Source: an uncultured Bacteriovoracaceae bacterium (GTDB lineage Bacteria; Bdellovibrionota; UBA1018). From it: a stretch of 64,000 bases of DNA. A program made the position numbers and the translations under genes. Each line of letters begins with the position of its first letter. The first letter of the stretch is position 1. Under the pieces are notes generated by a model that ran no database searches, was not told the DNA's origin, and saw nothing but the letters and a program-made list of their open reading frames with translations. Location: positions 62,264-126,263 of the forward strand of contig CAYHPW010000001.1 in the NCBI GenBank assembly GCA_964358645.1. The letters are read 5' to 3'. Shown here piece by piece: positions 21,784 through 31,970 of this stretch.

Positions 21784-22826
21784 TTGAGCATGCCCCCAAT
21801 ATTAATCACCCCCTCACCAAATAAAGCCAATAATGAAAGCGGTCCAAGTATTCTCCAGCAGTAATATGTAATCTGATCCGACCGCCTCCTGGGTAAAGCA
21901 TTATTTAAAAAAACCATCACCAACATAAGAAAAAAACACTTAATAAACAAACAGCCAAGTTGTGTAATATTAACAGCTGGATTACCACCGATATATGTGG
22001 CGGCAGAGATAAGCCGTGGTGGCAAATTCCAAGCCCCAAGATATAAAATTACAGCCATAATCGACCAAAGAAAAATCGAATAACAATACAACAGCTTCGA
22101 TAAAATAATTCTCATGCCTTTTCCATAATCATTATAGACAAATACACCATCTAATATATTAGACAGCCCAAACAATGCGACCCCGCTGCTAAGAAAAACC
22201 AAAAACGATATAAATTGAAATGGATTTGAAAACGCTGACCAATATAATGGTGAAAAACCCTGCTGGTCAACCACCATCGTCCACTGAAAAGAACCAGAAT
22301 GAAGGGCGGCACATACTATGGTTACTGACGCTGGAAAAGCCCCAGCAACAGCCTGTGCCCAGATTTGCATCCCTAAAAACCAGCCCTGTGCCGACCCATG
22401 GCTTATCCCAACAAACATGGTAGCAAGCATCGCGGCAAGTACGATCCAGAAAAAAAACAATATACCAAGCTCAGAATTAAATATTGATGCAGCAAAGCCG
22501 AGGGGAATTATTGCTATAGTTGAAAAAAAAATCATCCACCTTAGATAAAACCATATCAGTGGCGCCAATGGGGCTTCTTTAACAACTGTGTGTCTTTGTA
22601 ATATTTTTAATAAGTCAGCAACTGGTTGAAACATCCCGGCTGGCCCGACAACCGCCGGTCCTATGCGAGCGTGAATATCTGCAGATATTTTTCGGCTTAA
22701 ATATACAAATATGGTTAATAATGGAACGATGACCAATAATGTCGCGATAAACACTCCAAAAAAAGATTGTACCCATGAAGGAAAATAATCATTTACCCAT
22801 GGAAAAAAACTGGTCCATGGAGTCAT
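21780..22826 (-). CDS. NuoH-like subunit (second cluster)
   Basis: 348 aa with RIGPAVVGPAGMFQPVADLLK, a divergent form of the NuoH signature. Confidence 0.75.
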   Translation of the reverse strand: MTPWTSFFPWVNDYFPSWVQSFFGVFIATLLVIVPLLTIFVYLSRKISADIHARIGPAVVGPAGMFQPVADLLKILQRHTVVKEAPLAPLIWFYLRWMIFFSTIAIIPLGFAASIFNSELGILFFFWIVLAAMLATMFVGISHGSAQGWFLGMQIWAQAVAGAFPASVTIVCAALHSGSFQWTMVVDQQGFSPLYWSAFSNPFQFISFLVFLSSGVALFGLSNILDGVFVYNDYGKGMRIILSKLLYCYSIFLWSIMAVILYLGAWNLPPRLISAATYIGGNPAVNITQLGCLFIKCFFLMLVMVFLNNALPRRRSDQITYYCWRILGPLSLLALFGEGVINIGGMLK

Positions 22827-23956
22827 TTATCAACCTCAGACATTCCTAAATCCATGCTAGAAAGAATTACAGATAGATCATCTAATTTATTCCCTGGTAA
22901 AACTTTCGGCAGCGCCATAACTCCGGCCATAGAAGGTGTTCTAAATTGAATCCTGGCTGGTGTTGGTCCCCCGTCTGAAACTACATGACAACCAAGAAGC
23001 CCCCTAGAACTCTCCACGCGTATATAAGCCTCACCCCGTGGAACGATAATTTCATCTTCTGGTTTTTTGCTGCAAAAATCCCCTATGGGCATTTTTTCTG
23101 CGGCCTGTTTAAGTATATCTATACTTGTTGCGATCTCCTGTATTCTTATCAAAATTCTGGCATAGGCATCTCCTAAGTGCTCGTGGCCCGCTGGGGCTAA
23201 GGGCACGTTAATATCAATGTCAGCATAACCGCTATATGGTGAGGATGAGCGTACGTCGTACATAAGGCCAGTCGCCTTGGCGTTTGGACCCGTCATACCG
23301 GTCTCGTTTGCTAATTTCTTTTCTATCAATCCAACTTTTTTTGCCCTTCCAATAAATGTGTCGGAAAAAATCAGCGTCTTATCGTACTCCTTCAGCCTTA
23401 TCAGTATAGTTTCACAGGTCTCTATCATCTTTTCGATAAACCCATCACTAACATCCTCCTTTACACCACCGAACCGCAAGAAATTTGGTGAAAATCTAGC
23501 CCCACTAACCAGCTCAAGAAGATCTAAAACCTGTTCGCGATCCCTTAATACATGATGCATGACTGCTAAAGCTCCGGTCGATCTTGCAACTGCTGCAACA
23601 CATGCTAAATGTGAGCTTATCCTGTTAAGTTCTGATAAAATGATCCTTATTTTTTGTGCTCTGGGTGGTACTGGAAGCATTATGATTTCTTCCACACCTA
23701 AGCACAGCGCTAGTTCGGCAAAAACAGCGGCGCTAGAGTCAAGCCGATCGGCATAGGCAATAGATGCTCTCCACTTTTGTATTTCAAGGGCTTTTTCAAC
23801 GCCTTTATGTAAAAAACCGGTTTCAATAGCTGCAGAAACAATTAGTTCACCATCAGCTTTCAGTGATAGCTTCATCGGCGCCTGTAATCTATAATCATAG
23901 GGGCCAATTTCAAAAGTGTTTAAATCGGTATTTAGCCACTCACTACTATCAAACAT
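22823..23956 (-). CDS. Divergent NuoD-like 49-kDa subunit (second cluster); canonical quinone-site His/Tyr replaced
   Basis: 377 aa. The N-terminus aligns to the NuoD motif as GPYDYRLQAPMKL against GPTHPAMHGALRM (His to Gln), and DRLDS aligns against DRLNY (Tyr to Ser). No NiFe-hydrogenase CxxC pairs. Confidence 0.7.
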   Translation of the reverse strand: MFDSSEWLNTDLNTFEIGPYDYRLQAPMKLSLKADGELIVSAAIETGFLHKGVEKALEIQKWRASIAYADRLDSSAAVFAELALCLGVEEIIMLPVPPRAQKIRIILSELNRISSHLACVAAVARSTGALAVMHHVLRDREQVLDLLELVSGARFSPNFLRFGGVKEDVSDGFIEKMIETCETILIRLKEYDKTLIFSDTFIGRAKKVGLIEKKLANETGMTGPNAKATGLMYDVRSSSPYSGYADIDINVPLAPAGHEHLGDAYARILIRIQEIATSIDILKQAAEKMPIGDFCSKKPEDEIIVPRGEAYIRVESSRGLLGCHVVSDGGPTPARIQFRTPSMAGVMALPKVLPGNKLDDLSVILSSMDLGMSEVDK

Positions 23957-24488
23957 TGCTAGTCACCTGCTGACAATGACTAATGCCTAAAACTTGTTTT
24001 GGAAAAACATAGTCTTTCCTTAATGGAAACCCGACCCAACCGTGTAGCAAAAGACTTTTTTCTTTTTTATGTAATGTCCCATCCTGAAAAGAAACGCCAA
24101 ACAACTCTTCGATCTCACTCTCAAATGCTATAGCCATTGGCCAGGTTTTAGTTACAGACGGGAAGCTTACAATGCCACCAGAAACATTTATATCTGCAGA
24201 ACCTCTTAATATCAGTGTACTGCCAAATTTCCATGAAGACACCACATAGGTAAAAACTAGCGCTTCTCCGATCTGCATCGCCGATAAATTCTCAAGCCAA
24301 TCCAATGATATTTCATTATCTTGTTTAATAATTTCGGCTACCCTTTGAATGCTTTTTGTTTCTATCCACAAACATACCATCTCAGAACGACCCATTCGTT
24401 GCTTTCTTAAAACGGCACCAGGAACAACTTCATTTAGTTTCGATAGCAATGTCTTTTTGTCCATTTTCCAATCCTGAAATAACTTCAA
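23949..24488 (-). CDS. NuoC-like 30-kDa subunit (second cluster)
   Basis: 179 aa in nuoC position between the NuoB-like and NuoD-like genes. Confidence 0.6.
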   Translation of the reverse strand: MKLFQDWKMDKKTLLSKLNEVVPGAVLRKQRMGRSEMVCLWIETKSIQRVAEIIKQDNEISLDWLENLSAMQIGEALVFTYVVSSWKFGSTLILRGSADINVSGGIVSFPSVTKTWPMAIAFESEIEELFGVSFQDGTLHKKEKSLLLHGWVGFPLRKDYVFPKQVLGISHCQQVTSNV

Positions 24489-24924
24489 TCAGCTTAATCA
24501 ATCCATTCATAATCGCCTCCGGACGAGGAGGGCAGCCTGGAATATAAATATCAATAGGTATTATTTTATCTACGCCGGCAATAACAGAATAGCTGTACTC
24601 AGGTGCAAAAGCACCACCGCAATTAGTACATGATCCTACTGAAATGACCCATTTCGGAAAGGGCATCTCTTCATAAAGCCCTTTCAAATAAGGTGCGATC
24701 TTGTATGAAACTGGCCCAGCTACAAATAATAAATCTGCCTGTTTGGGATCAATTTGTGGAATGCAACCAAATCTTTCTATGTCGTATTTACATCCTAAAA
24801 CGTTCGTTAACTCTTCGGCACAGCAACCATGACAAGCAGCTATATACCATAATGACCTTTTTCTCGCCCAAGTTATGGCGCGCTGAAGCGTTCCTATTCC
24901 CGCTTGGTTTTTCCGTCCTGCCAA
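24430..24924 (-). CDS. NuoB-like subunit (second cluster), N2 ligands conserved
   Basis: 164 aa with CCAEE, GSCTNCGG (GxCxxxGG) and GCPP motifs. Confidence 0.8.
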   Translation of the reverse strand: MAGRKNQAGIGTLQRAITWARKRSLWYIAACHGCCAEELTNVLGCKYDIERFGCIPQIDPKQADLLFVAGPVSYKIAPYLKGLYEEMPFPKWVISVGSCTNCGGAFAPEYSYSVIAGVDKIIPIDIYIPGCPPRPEAIMNGLIKLIEVISGLENGQKDIAIETK

Positions 24925-25313
24925 TCCATATCTCCTTTTTTAAGTGAGTGAATCAAGCCAAGCAGCATAATAATACTGCTTGTTAAAATGGCTATAAGTG
25001 CCGCTAAGGCAACATCATCTTTACTGTTCCTCCTAAAAACAACAACGGAGGGGGCCACGCTAAGAGCGAGACTTACAAATAAAACAGACGTGCTTGCCAC
25101 CAAAAAAAATCTTGTATTAAGTTTTCTGCCAATTGAATCATGTAAAACAACAGATTTAATTTCCCTACGGTGCGGACAATATTCTTTTTTAATAATTAAT
25201 TTTTGACCTATTCTTGAAAAAAAAACCGCGCAAAGCCATAATATTGCCGGCAGCAATAGAGAAGCAATTAATCCTAAAAAAAATAAGTTATAAATACCCA
25301 AGCTATTTGGCAT
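24894..25313 (-). CDS. NuoA-like subunit (second cluster)
   Basis: 139 aa with 3 TM helices. First gene of the cluster, divergent to mfd. Confidence 0.55.
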   Translation of the reverse strand: MPNSLGIYNLFFLGLIASLLLPAILWLCAVFFSRIGQKLIIKKEYCPHRREIKSVVLHDSIGRKLNTRFFLVASTSVLFVSLALSVAPSVVVFRRNSKDDVALAALIAILTSSIIMLLGLIHSLKKGDMDWQDGKTKRE

Positions 25314-25378
25314 TTCAAAACCCAGCGAAAAGACTACTGAAGTTGAATTTTTGTGTCAAGCCAAGTAGATTATCAGCG

Positions 25379-28300
25379 ATGCATCCCTGCACTGCTAATG
25401 ATGTATTCTCTTCACTTAAAACTACAGGCCGACCAATCCGAGTAAGTGGTGGTACTCCGGCAGTAGCGGCACTACTTGTGTCACAATACTCTTTTTGTTC
25501 AGATAACGCTTCTATCGTCATATTGTGCCAAAATGATGATGCAGCTGTAGAATTTGTAACGGATCTAGAAAGCCTTTCTGGGCTTAATGACACAAAAGAA
25601 TCTCTTGCGATTCACCATTTCCCGACGTGGGAAAGTCCAGTGCACAGTCCAATAGCACTATCATTACGAACTCGTTTGCAACGCGTAGCTGTTCTTAGCT
25701 CCTTGGTAAGTTCGACAAAGAAAAAGATAATTGTAACATCCATCCAGGCCGCTTGCCAGCTAACAATGCCCATCTCCATGTTTTTGGACCGCTCCATTAG
25801 ATTAAACATCTCGGATGTAGTTGAATCAAGAAATGCTCTACTTTCGTCATTACAAGACTTAGGGTATGCACGAATTGACCCGGTTGAAGATCCCGGTAGC
25901 TTTGTCTCGCGCGGAGAAATTGTGGACGTATTCCCACCGGGCCGGTCTAAGCCCTTAAGAATAGAGCTTTTCGATACAATGATAGAGCGAATTCGTGAAT
26001 TTGATCCAACCACTCAGCGCACTACCAACAATGTTGATGAACAAATTGAACAAATCACCATTTCGCCGGCACGCGAAGTCATAATAAACACCCATACCGC
26101 ACAGTGTCTTCGTGAAAAAGTAAAAGAACTTGCAGACAACTCTGGAATATCACGATCCATTAGAGACCCATTGCTAGAATCTATTCAAAATGGGATCTAC
26201 CCAGACCATTGTGACGCTTGGGCGCCTCTTGCCTACAAAAACCCTTCGACATTTTGGGACTATTTAACAAATCCGTGGCTTGTGGTTTGGAACGACGAAC
26301 CCACCTGTTTACACGCTTTGGATGATTTTAAGAAAATAAATTTAACCCCCCCTACTGAAAAAAGCGGGTCAAGTGTGGTGGTTCCCCCTGGTGACTACCT
26401 TTTCCGTTTTTCTAAAAGTGATCTTAGCCATATCTATGAAAAAACGACCTTGTTTCTGGATCGATTAGATTTAATGACACCGCAAGAAATAAATGCCTTG
26501 AACTTATCTACATCTTCATTCAATGACAGGCACCACATCCTTACAGAGCCAAATAATGATTTAGCGACTGGAACAAAACGCTCATTGGGTGATTTGGAGC
26601 CAAAATTACGTTCTTGGCTTAAATCAGGTTTTAAGATTGCTGCATTTGCTTCTACTTCAAGTCAATTAGAACGAATGCGTTTTTTATTTGAAGAACGCGG
26701 ACTGCCAGTCAAACAAGACGGCAAACCACAACCGTTATTCATATCATTACATAGAGGGTTATTGTCGTCTGGTTTTAAGTGGCCAGCAGAAGGACTAGTT
26801 GTCCTGACAGACGCAGAAATCCTAGGCAAAAAGAAAAATACACTTAATACCCGCTACAAATCTACCGGTCGCTCCTCTGCATTAAAAAGCTGGTCTGGAT
26901 TAAATATTCTTTCAGATCTATCAATCGGTGATGCCGTCGTACATATTGATCATGGAATCGGAATTTATCAGGGCTTAATTAGGCTTGATATATCGGGCGC
27001 CCCCTCTGACTTTCTAATGTTAGAATATGCTAATAAAGATAAGCTTTATTTGCCAGTTTATAGGCTAAATACAATTCAAAAATATATCGGCTCTGGCCAG
27101 TCAGCCCCTTTAGATCGACTTGGAAACCAGCATTTCACAAAGGCAAAAGAAAAGGTGCGTGGTGCGGTTAAAAAGTTAGCTGTTGACCTTATCCAGCTAT
27201 ATGCAGAACGGCAAATACGAAAAGGATTCCAGCATTCTCAACGGGATGCTTTCTTCAGTGAATTTGAAGCTAAATTTATATTCGACGAAACGGACGACCA
27301 ATTAGCTGCCGTAGATGATATTTTAAGCGACCTCGCTTCAGGGCGTATAATGGACCGGCTGGTTTGTGGTGATGTCGGTTATGGAAAAACCGAGGTTGCA
27401 ATACGAGCGGCGTTCCGTGCGGTTACGGATGGCAAACAGGTTGCCGTGCTTGTACCAACCACTGTACTAGCATTTCAACATGAGCAATCATTTAAAACAC
27501 GTCTTACTGATTATCCTATAACAATAGACTCAATCTCGAGATTCAAATCGCTAAAAGAACAAAAATCAACGGCCCTAGCCTTAGCTGCCGGAAAAATTGA
27601 TATTATCGTCGGCACACACCGATTGCTTTCAAGAGATATTAAATTTTCAGATCTCGGTTTGATAATTATCGATGAAGAACATAGGTTCGGGGTGGAGCAT
27701 AAAGAAAAACTAAAGACATTAAGAGCCAACACCCATGTGTTAACGCTTACTGCAACACCAATACCGCGCACACTACACATGACTCTTGCGGGTCTGCGAG
27801 ACATTAGCTTAATAAACACCCCTCCGGTTGATAGGCTCCCAATTAGAACCTTTGTGTCACGATTTGATGAAACAATAATAAAACAGGCAGTTGGATTTGA
27901 ATTAACCAGGGGGGGGCAATTATTTTTCTTACATAACCGCGTACAATCGATTCATGAAACAGCAGATAAGCTACGAACATTGGTTAAAAATGCCCGTATA
28001 GCCGTGGCGCATGGTCAAATGCCTGACGGTGAGCTAGAAAAAACAATGGTAGATTTTTATCAAAAAAAGACTGATGTCCTCGTATGCACAACCATAATTG
28101 AGTCTGGTTTAGATATTCCGTCTGCAAATACAATTATAATTAATCGCGCAGACATGCTTGGTCTGTCACAATTATATCAAATACGCGGCCGCGTTGGACG
28201 TGGTCAATATAGAGCATATGCGTATCTTCTTATACCTGCAGAAGGCGACTTAACCGAAGAGGCAAAGCAACGTCTCGAAATTATCCAACGCTTTGTCGAG

Positions 28301-28915
28301 CTTGGGAGTGGTTTTAGTATAGCAAATCATGACTTGGAAATACGTGGAGGTGGTGACCTTTTAGGGCCGCTGCAGTCTGGTCATATTAGCGCAGTTGGAT
28401 TTGACCTGTATACCGAGCTGCTAGAAGAAGCTGTACGCGAAATCCAAGGGAAACCAATGCTGCCACAAGAATCGTCACGTGAGCCCGAAATTAAGGCGCC
28501 ATTTCCGTCATTTCTTGATGAACAATACGTACCAGATGTACACCAACGCCTTTCATTTTATCGGCGCCTTTCAAGCTCAGTAGACGAATCCTCTCTAGAA
28601 AAACTAGAGGCCGAACTTATTGATCGTTTTGGTCCCCTACCTACGGCTGCACAAAATCTATTATGGATTATACGCATAAAGCAGCTATTAAAAAAAGCAG
28701 GGATAGATTGCCTTACTGTTGGAGAAGGAAAAATTTCCCTAACCTCTGGACCAATAAGCAATCTTAACCCTGAGCGCGCAGTTGCTCTAGTTGCTACAGA
28801 CCCTAAAAAATATCAGCTAATATCCGGCTCAAAACTCCTAAGCAGAATGGATACCTCTAACATTAGAGACCTTTTTTTCAACCTAGAAGACCTCATGAAC
28901 CGCTTAATTCTTTAA
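25379..28915 (+). CDS. mfd: Transcription-repair coupling factor
   Basis: UvrB-homology N-terminal region, DEAD/H helicase motifs (GDVGYGKTEVA, DEEHRFG) and TRCF domain. The ORF track begins at 25214, which overlaps the nuoA-like gene, so an internal Met near 25379 is the more plausible start. Confidence 0.85.
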   Translation: MHPCTANDVFSSLKTTGRPIRVSGGTPAVAALLVSQYSFCSDNASIVILCQNDDAAVEFVTDLESLSGLNDTKESLAIHHFPTWESPVHSPIALSLRTRLQRVAVLSSLVSSTKKKIIVTSIQAACQLTMPISMFLDRSIRLNISDVVESRNALLSSLQDLGYARIDPVEDPGSFVSRGEIVDVFPPGRSKPLRIELFDTMIERIREFDPTTQRTTNNVDEQIEQITISPAREVIINTHTAQCLREKVKELADNSGISRSIRDPLLESIQNGIYPDHCDAWAPLAYKNPSTFWDYLTNPWLVVWNDEPTCLHALDDFKKINLTPPTEKSGSSVVVPPGDYLFRFSKSDLSHIYEKTTLFLDRLDLMTPQEINALNLSTSSFNDRHHILTEPNNDLATGTKRSLGDLEPKLRSWLKSGFKIAAFASTSSQLERMRFLFEERGLPVKQDGKPQPLFISLHRGLLSSGFKWPAEGLVVLTDAEILGKKKNTLNTRYKSTGRSSALKSWSGLNILSDLSIGDAVVHIDHGIGIYQGLIRLDISGAPSDFLMLEYANKDKLYLPVYRLNTIQKYIGSGQSAPLDRLGNQHFTKAKEKVRGAVKKLAVDLIQLYAERQIRKGFQHSQRDAFFSEFEAKFIFDETDDQLAAVDDILSDLASGRIMDRLVCGDVGYGKTEVAIRAAFRAVTDGKQVAVLVPTTVLAFQHEQSFKTRLTDYPITIDSISRFKSLKEQKSTALALAAGKIDIIVGTHRLLSRDIKFSDLGLIIIDEEHRFGVEHKEKLKTLRANTHVLTLTATPIPRTLHMTLAGLRDISLINTPPVDRLPIRTFVSRFDETIIKQAVGFELTRGGQLFFLHNRVQSIHETADKLRTLVKNARIAVAHGQMPDGELEKTMVDFYQKKTDVLVCTTIIESGLDIPSANTIIINRADMLGLSQLYQIRGRVGRGQYRAYAYLLIPAEGDLTEEAKQRLEIIQRFVELGSGFSIANHDLEIRGGGDLLGPLQSGHISAVGFDLYTELLEEAVREIQGKPMLPQESSREPEIKAPFPSFLDEQYVPDVHQRLSFYRRLSSSVDESSLEKLEAELIDRFGPLPTAAQNLLWIIRIKQLLKKAGIDCLTVGEGKISLTSGPISNLNPERAVALVATDPKKYQLISGSKLLSRMDTSNIRDLFFNLEDLMNRLIL

Positions 28916-29000
28916 AACCGACAATAAAAGGCAATCTTTCCGTGTTTAATTTCTTGTAATTTACAGACAATTTGCCATCAATAAAAAGTCTGCTAACCTT

Positions 29001-29858
29001 ATGGATATGACAACAAAACTTTCTATAAAATCGTTGGCAATAACGCTTATTATCACCAGTCTTCTAATTTCCACTAAATGGAAAAATTCCGTTTATGCCG
29101 CCACAGAGTTGGCAAAGGTAAATGATACGGTTATCACGTTAGAAGACTTTAATAAGAAATATAAGGATAATTTAAAATTCTTCCAATTCAAAGCTCCCAC
29201 AAAAGAGGGGGTTCTTGAAGATTTAATAAGGCGCGAAATCGGCATTCAAGAGGCAAAAAGGCAAAAAATAGATAAAGACCCAGAAGTGATTGAGCGGATG
29301 AACACAGTTTTATATCATGCCCTATTGGACAGGAAATTAAGCAAAGAGTTTGAAACAATTCATGTAACCGATGAAGAAGCTAAAGAGTTTTACAAGAAAA
29401 ACCCGGAAATCAGGACAAGCCATATATTTATATCTGTCAAACCTGATGCAAACCAAGAAGAGGTTAAAAGGGCACACGAAAAGATTAAAACCATCTATAA
29501 TGACCACGTACGCCCAGGTAAATTAGGTTTCGCTGAAATAGCACAGCGCTTCTCCGAGGGTGTGGCTGCCCCGATGGGTGGTGATATAGATTATCAAACT
29601 AGGGATAAACTTGATCCAACATATTATCAGACTGCATTAAAATTATCATCACCAGGAAAAATCAGCGAAATAGTTCGTTCGCAGTTTGGCTACCATGTCA
29701 TAAAGCTTACTGCAATTAAAGCATGGGGAGATGTGGATAAATCCCAAGTTAAACGACAAGTATTTGACGAACGCCGTGCAAAAATCTTTGACAATTTTAT
29801 GAATACACTCCGCCAGCAATCACATGTGTCTATTCATAAAGAACTGATAAAAGATTAA
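29001..29858 (+). CDS. Parvulin-type peptidyl-prolyl isomerase (PpiC/PrsA-like), secreted
   Basis: 285 aa with N-terminal signal peptide and parvulin domain (HIFISV...GGDIDYQTRDKL...FGYHVIKL). Confidence 0.75.
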   Translation: MDMTTKLSIKSLAITLIITSLLISTKWKNSVYAATELAKVNDTVITLEDFNKKYKDNLKFFQFKAPTKEGVLEDLIRREIGIQEAKRQKIDKDPEVIERMNTVLYHALLDRKLSKEFETIHVTDEEAKEFYKKNPEIRTSHIFISVKPDANQEEVKRAHEKIKTIYNDHVRPGKLGFAEIAQRFSEGVAAPMGGDIDYQTRDKLDPTYYQTALKLSSPGKISEIVRSQFGYHVIKLTAIKAWGDVDKSQVKRQVFDERRAKIFDNFMNTLRQQSHVSIHKELIKD

Positions 29859-29907
29859 CTTCCTCGGGCATTTAAAATAGTCTTTCCTTGCAGAACCCTA
29901 GTCGTCT

Positions 29908-30921
29908 GTGACAAGAATTACCTCAAGTATGAAATGGTTTGTATTACCTATTGTTACATATTATTTTGTCGCTGGGCTGTTTTGCTATGCTGATTATACA
30001 AATGCTCAACAGATCTTAATTGATAGGCTTGTGGCTTCGGTTAATGCCACAATAATACTGCAGTCAGACGTGAAAAAATTTAGAGAAACCTTGCGACTTC
30101 GTGCCCAACTTGACCCTCTTTTCTCTGGGACCGCCGTAGCCACCAAAGGTGCGGGCGCCCTTATTGCCGATGTGGTAGAATTTCTTGTAGATGAAACAAT
30201 CATCGCACAACATTTTCCAGTAGCTGATTCAGAAGTTGAACAAGAGATAAACTCAATACAAGTAAACAACAAAATTGATAGGGCGCGGCTCAAGGCGGCT
30301 ATCAACGAACAGGGGTTTTTATTTCAAGATTATTTTGAGCTTATACGCATCAGCACAAGCAAACGAAATTTAATAGATCGCGATATTCGCACTAAGGTTG
30401 CTATATCTGAGGATGATGTTAAAAATTTCTTTTACAACCGCTACAGCAAAACCTCTATAGTACCACTTGAATATAAGCTTCAAATCATTTCCGTTAGTAT
30501 TATAAATTACAAGACCTCTACTGCCGCTAAGGATGTCATAGAACGCGCTAAGGCGGCTTTGCGTGGCGGTGAATCTTTTGAAGAGGTTGCAAAACGGTAT
30601 AGTGATCATTTTTCCTCCTCTTCGGGTGGTGAATTAGGAACCCTCACCGAGGATCAGATGTCATTAGTGATTCGTGAAGAAGTAAAAAAACTTAAAATAG
30701 GTGAGGTTAGCCCTATATTCGGTGGTTTATCTTCCCGAGCATATTATATCGTAAAGTTAGTTGATGTTAAATCGAGCGAAACCTCCAAGCTAGAAAAAAT
30801 GAAGGATGAAATTAGAAACCAGCTTACGGCCTCAGAATATCAACATCAGATTTCGTTGTGGCTAGAACGACAACGGCAAGTTTCATTTATTCACAAAGTG
30901 GAACCGCTAGCCGTACAATAG
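29908..30921 (+). CDS. surA: SurA-like periplasmic chaperone / PPIase
   Basis: 337 aa with signal peptide, SurA N-terminal chaperone-like region and one C-terminal parvulin-like domain. Located immediately upstream of pdxA, as in the proteobacterial surA-pdxA unit. Confidence 0.6.
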   Translation: MTRITSSMKWFVLPIVTYYFVAGLFCYADYTNAQQILIDRLVASVNATIILQSDVKKFRETLRLRAQLDPLFSGTAVATKGAGALIADVVEFLVDETIIAQHFPVADSEVEQEINSIQVNNKIDRARLKAAINEQGFLFQDYFELIRISTSKRNLIDRDIRTKVAISEDDVKNFFYNRYSKTSIVPLEYKLQIISVSIINYKTSTAAKDVIERAKAALRGGESFEEVAKRYSDHFSSSSGGELGTLTEDQMSLVIREEVKKLKIGEVSPIFGGLSSRAYYIVKLVDVKSSETSKLEKMKDEIRNQLTASEYQHQISLWLERQRQVSFIHKVEPLAVQ

Positions 30922-30934
30922 CCATAAATCTTTT

Positions 30935-31969
30935 ATGAGCCACATTCGCCCTATTGTAATAATCACGGTCGGCGATCCAGCTGGAATCGGGCCTGAGATA
31001 ATCTATAAAGCACTTTCTTCTAAATCAATTTTAGAATTCAAAAAAAAATTTACTTTTCTTTGTATAGGCGCCCGTAAACCTTTTGATAAACTTGGTGCTC
31101 CGATAAAAGAAGTAACAGTTAATTCAATCAGAAAAGACACCTCTATAAATAACGATTTTAAAAACCATATCCTTTTATTACCAGCACCGGAGAGAACTCC
31201 AAATAAATCCCTCCTCCTGGAAGGATTCCAAAGTGGCTGGGCAATTAAAAAGGCAACCTCACTTCTTATGAATAACTTTGCAATAGCTATGGCCACTGCA
31301 CCAATAAGCAAGGAGCGACTTAATGCAGGGGGATTTTTTTATGCCGGCCACACTGAATTCCTGGCCGCGCTTTGTAAATCGCCAGATGTGACAATGATGT
31401 TAGCAAACAACCTAGTGCGCGTCTCCTTGGTGACAACCCATGCGCCCATACGGAAGGTCCCTCTGATGATAAATCCCAAAAAAATTGAGGTCTCCGTTAA
31501 AAACACTGCTTTATGCCTTAAAAGATGGTGGAATATTAAACGGCCGCGCATAGCCATAACCTCCCTCAATCCACATGGGGGTGAGGGGGGGTTGTTCGGT
31601 AATGAAGAAAAAACAATCCTTCTGCCAACAATAAGCCGATTGCGGTATGAAAACTGTAAAAATTATTCCCTCGAGGGGCCGTTCCCCGCAGACACTCTGT
31701 TCGCCAATCAGCTTTGGGATAAAAAAAGCACAAGATATGATGCCATAGTGTGTATGTATCATGATCAGGGATTAATACCTGTTAAGTTGCTTGATTTTCC
31801 CAACACCGTCAATGTAACCTTAGGTTTGCCAATTATCCGCACTTCTGTAGACCATGGTGTGGCTTTCGATATTGCAGGCAAGGGGAGAGCGGATCCGTCC
31901 AGCTTAATAGCTGCAGTACGGCTTGCGGTTCACCTAGGGGTGTTAAACAAGGATAAAAGGGGGCTATAA
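30935..31969 (+). CDS. pdxA: 4-hydroxythreonine-4-phosphate dehydrogenase
   Basis: 344 aa with PdxA-family motifs (ITVGDPAGIGPEI, GHTEFLA, NVTLGLP). Confidence 0.8.
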   Translation: MSHIRPIVIITVGDPAGIGPEIIYKALSSKSILEFKKKFTFLCIGARKPFDKLGAPIKEVTVNSIRKDTSINNDFKNHILLLPAPERTPNKSLLLEGFQSGWAIKKATSLLMNNFAIAMATAPISKERLNAGGFFYAGHTEFLAALCKSPDVTMMLANNLVRVSLVTTHAPIRKVPLMINPKKIEVSVKNTALCLKRWWNIKRPRIAITSLNPHGGEGGLFGNEEKTILLPTISRLRYENCKNYSLEGPFPADTLFANQLWDKKSTRYDAIVCMYHDQGLIPVKLLDFPNTVNVTLGLPIIRTSVDHGVAFDIAGKGRADPSSLIAAVRLAVHLGVLNKDKRGL

Positions 31970-31970
31970 C

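Noticed and set aside
25214-25378. ORF-track start of mfd at 25214.
   Set aside because: It would overlap the nuoA-like gene by about 100 nt and add a non-conserved N-terminal extension. An internal Met at about 25379 gives a normal Mfd N-terminus and a divergent intergenic spacer.
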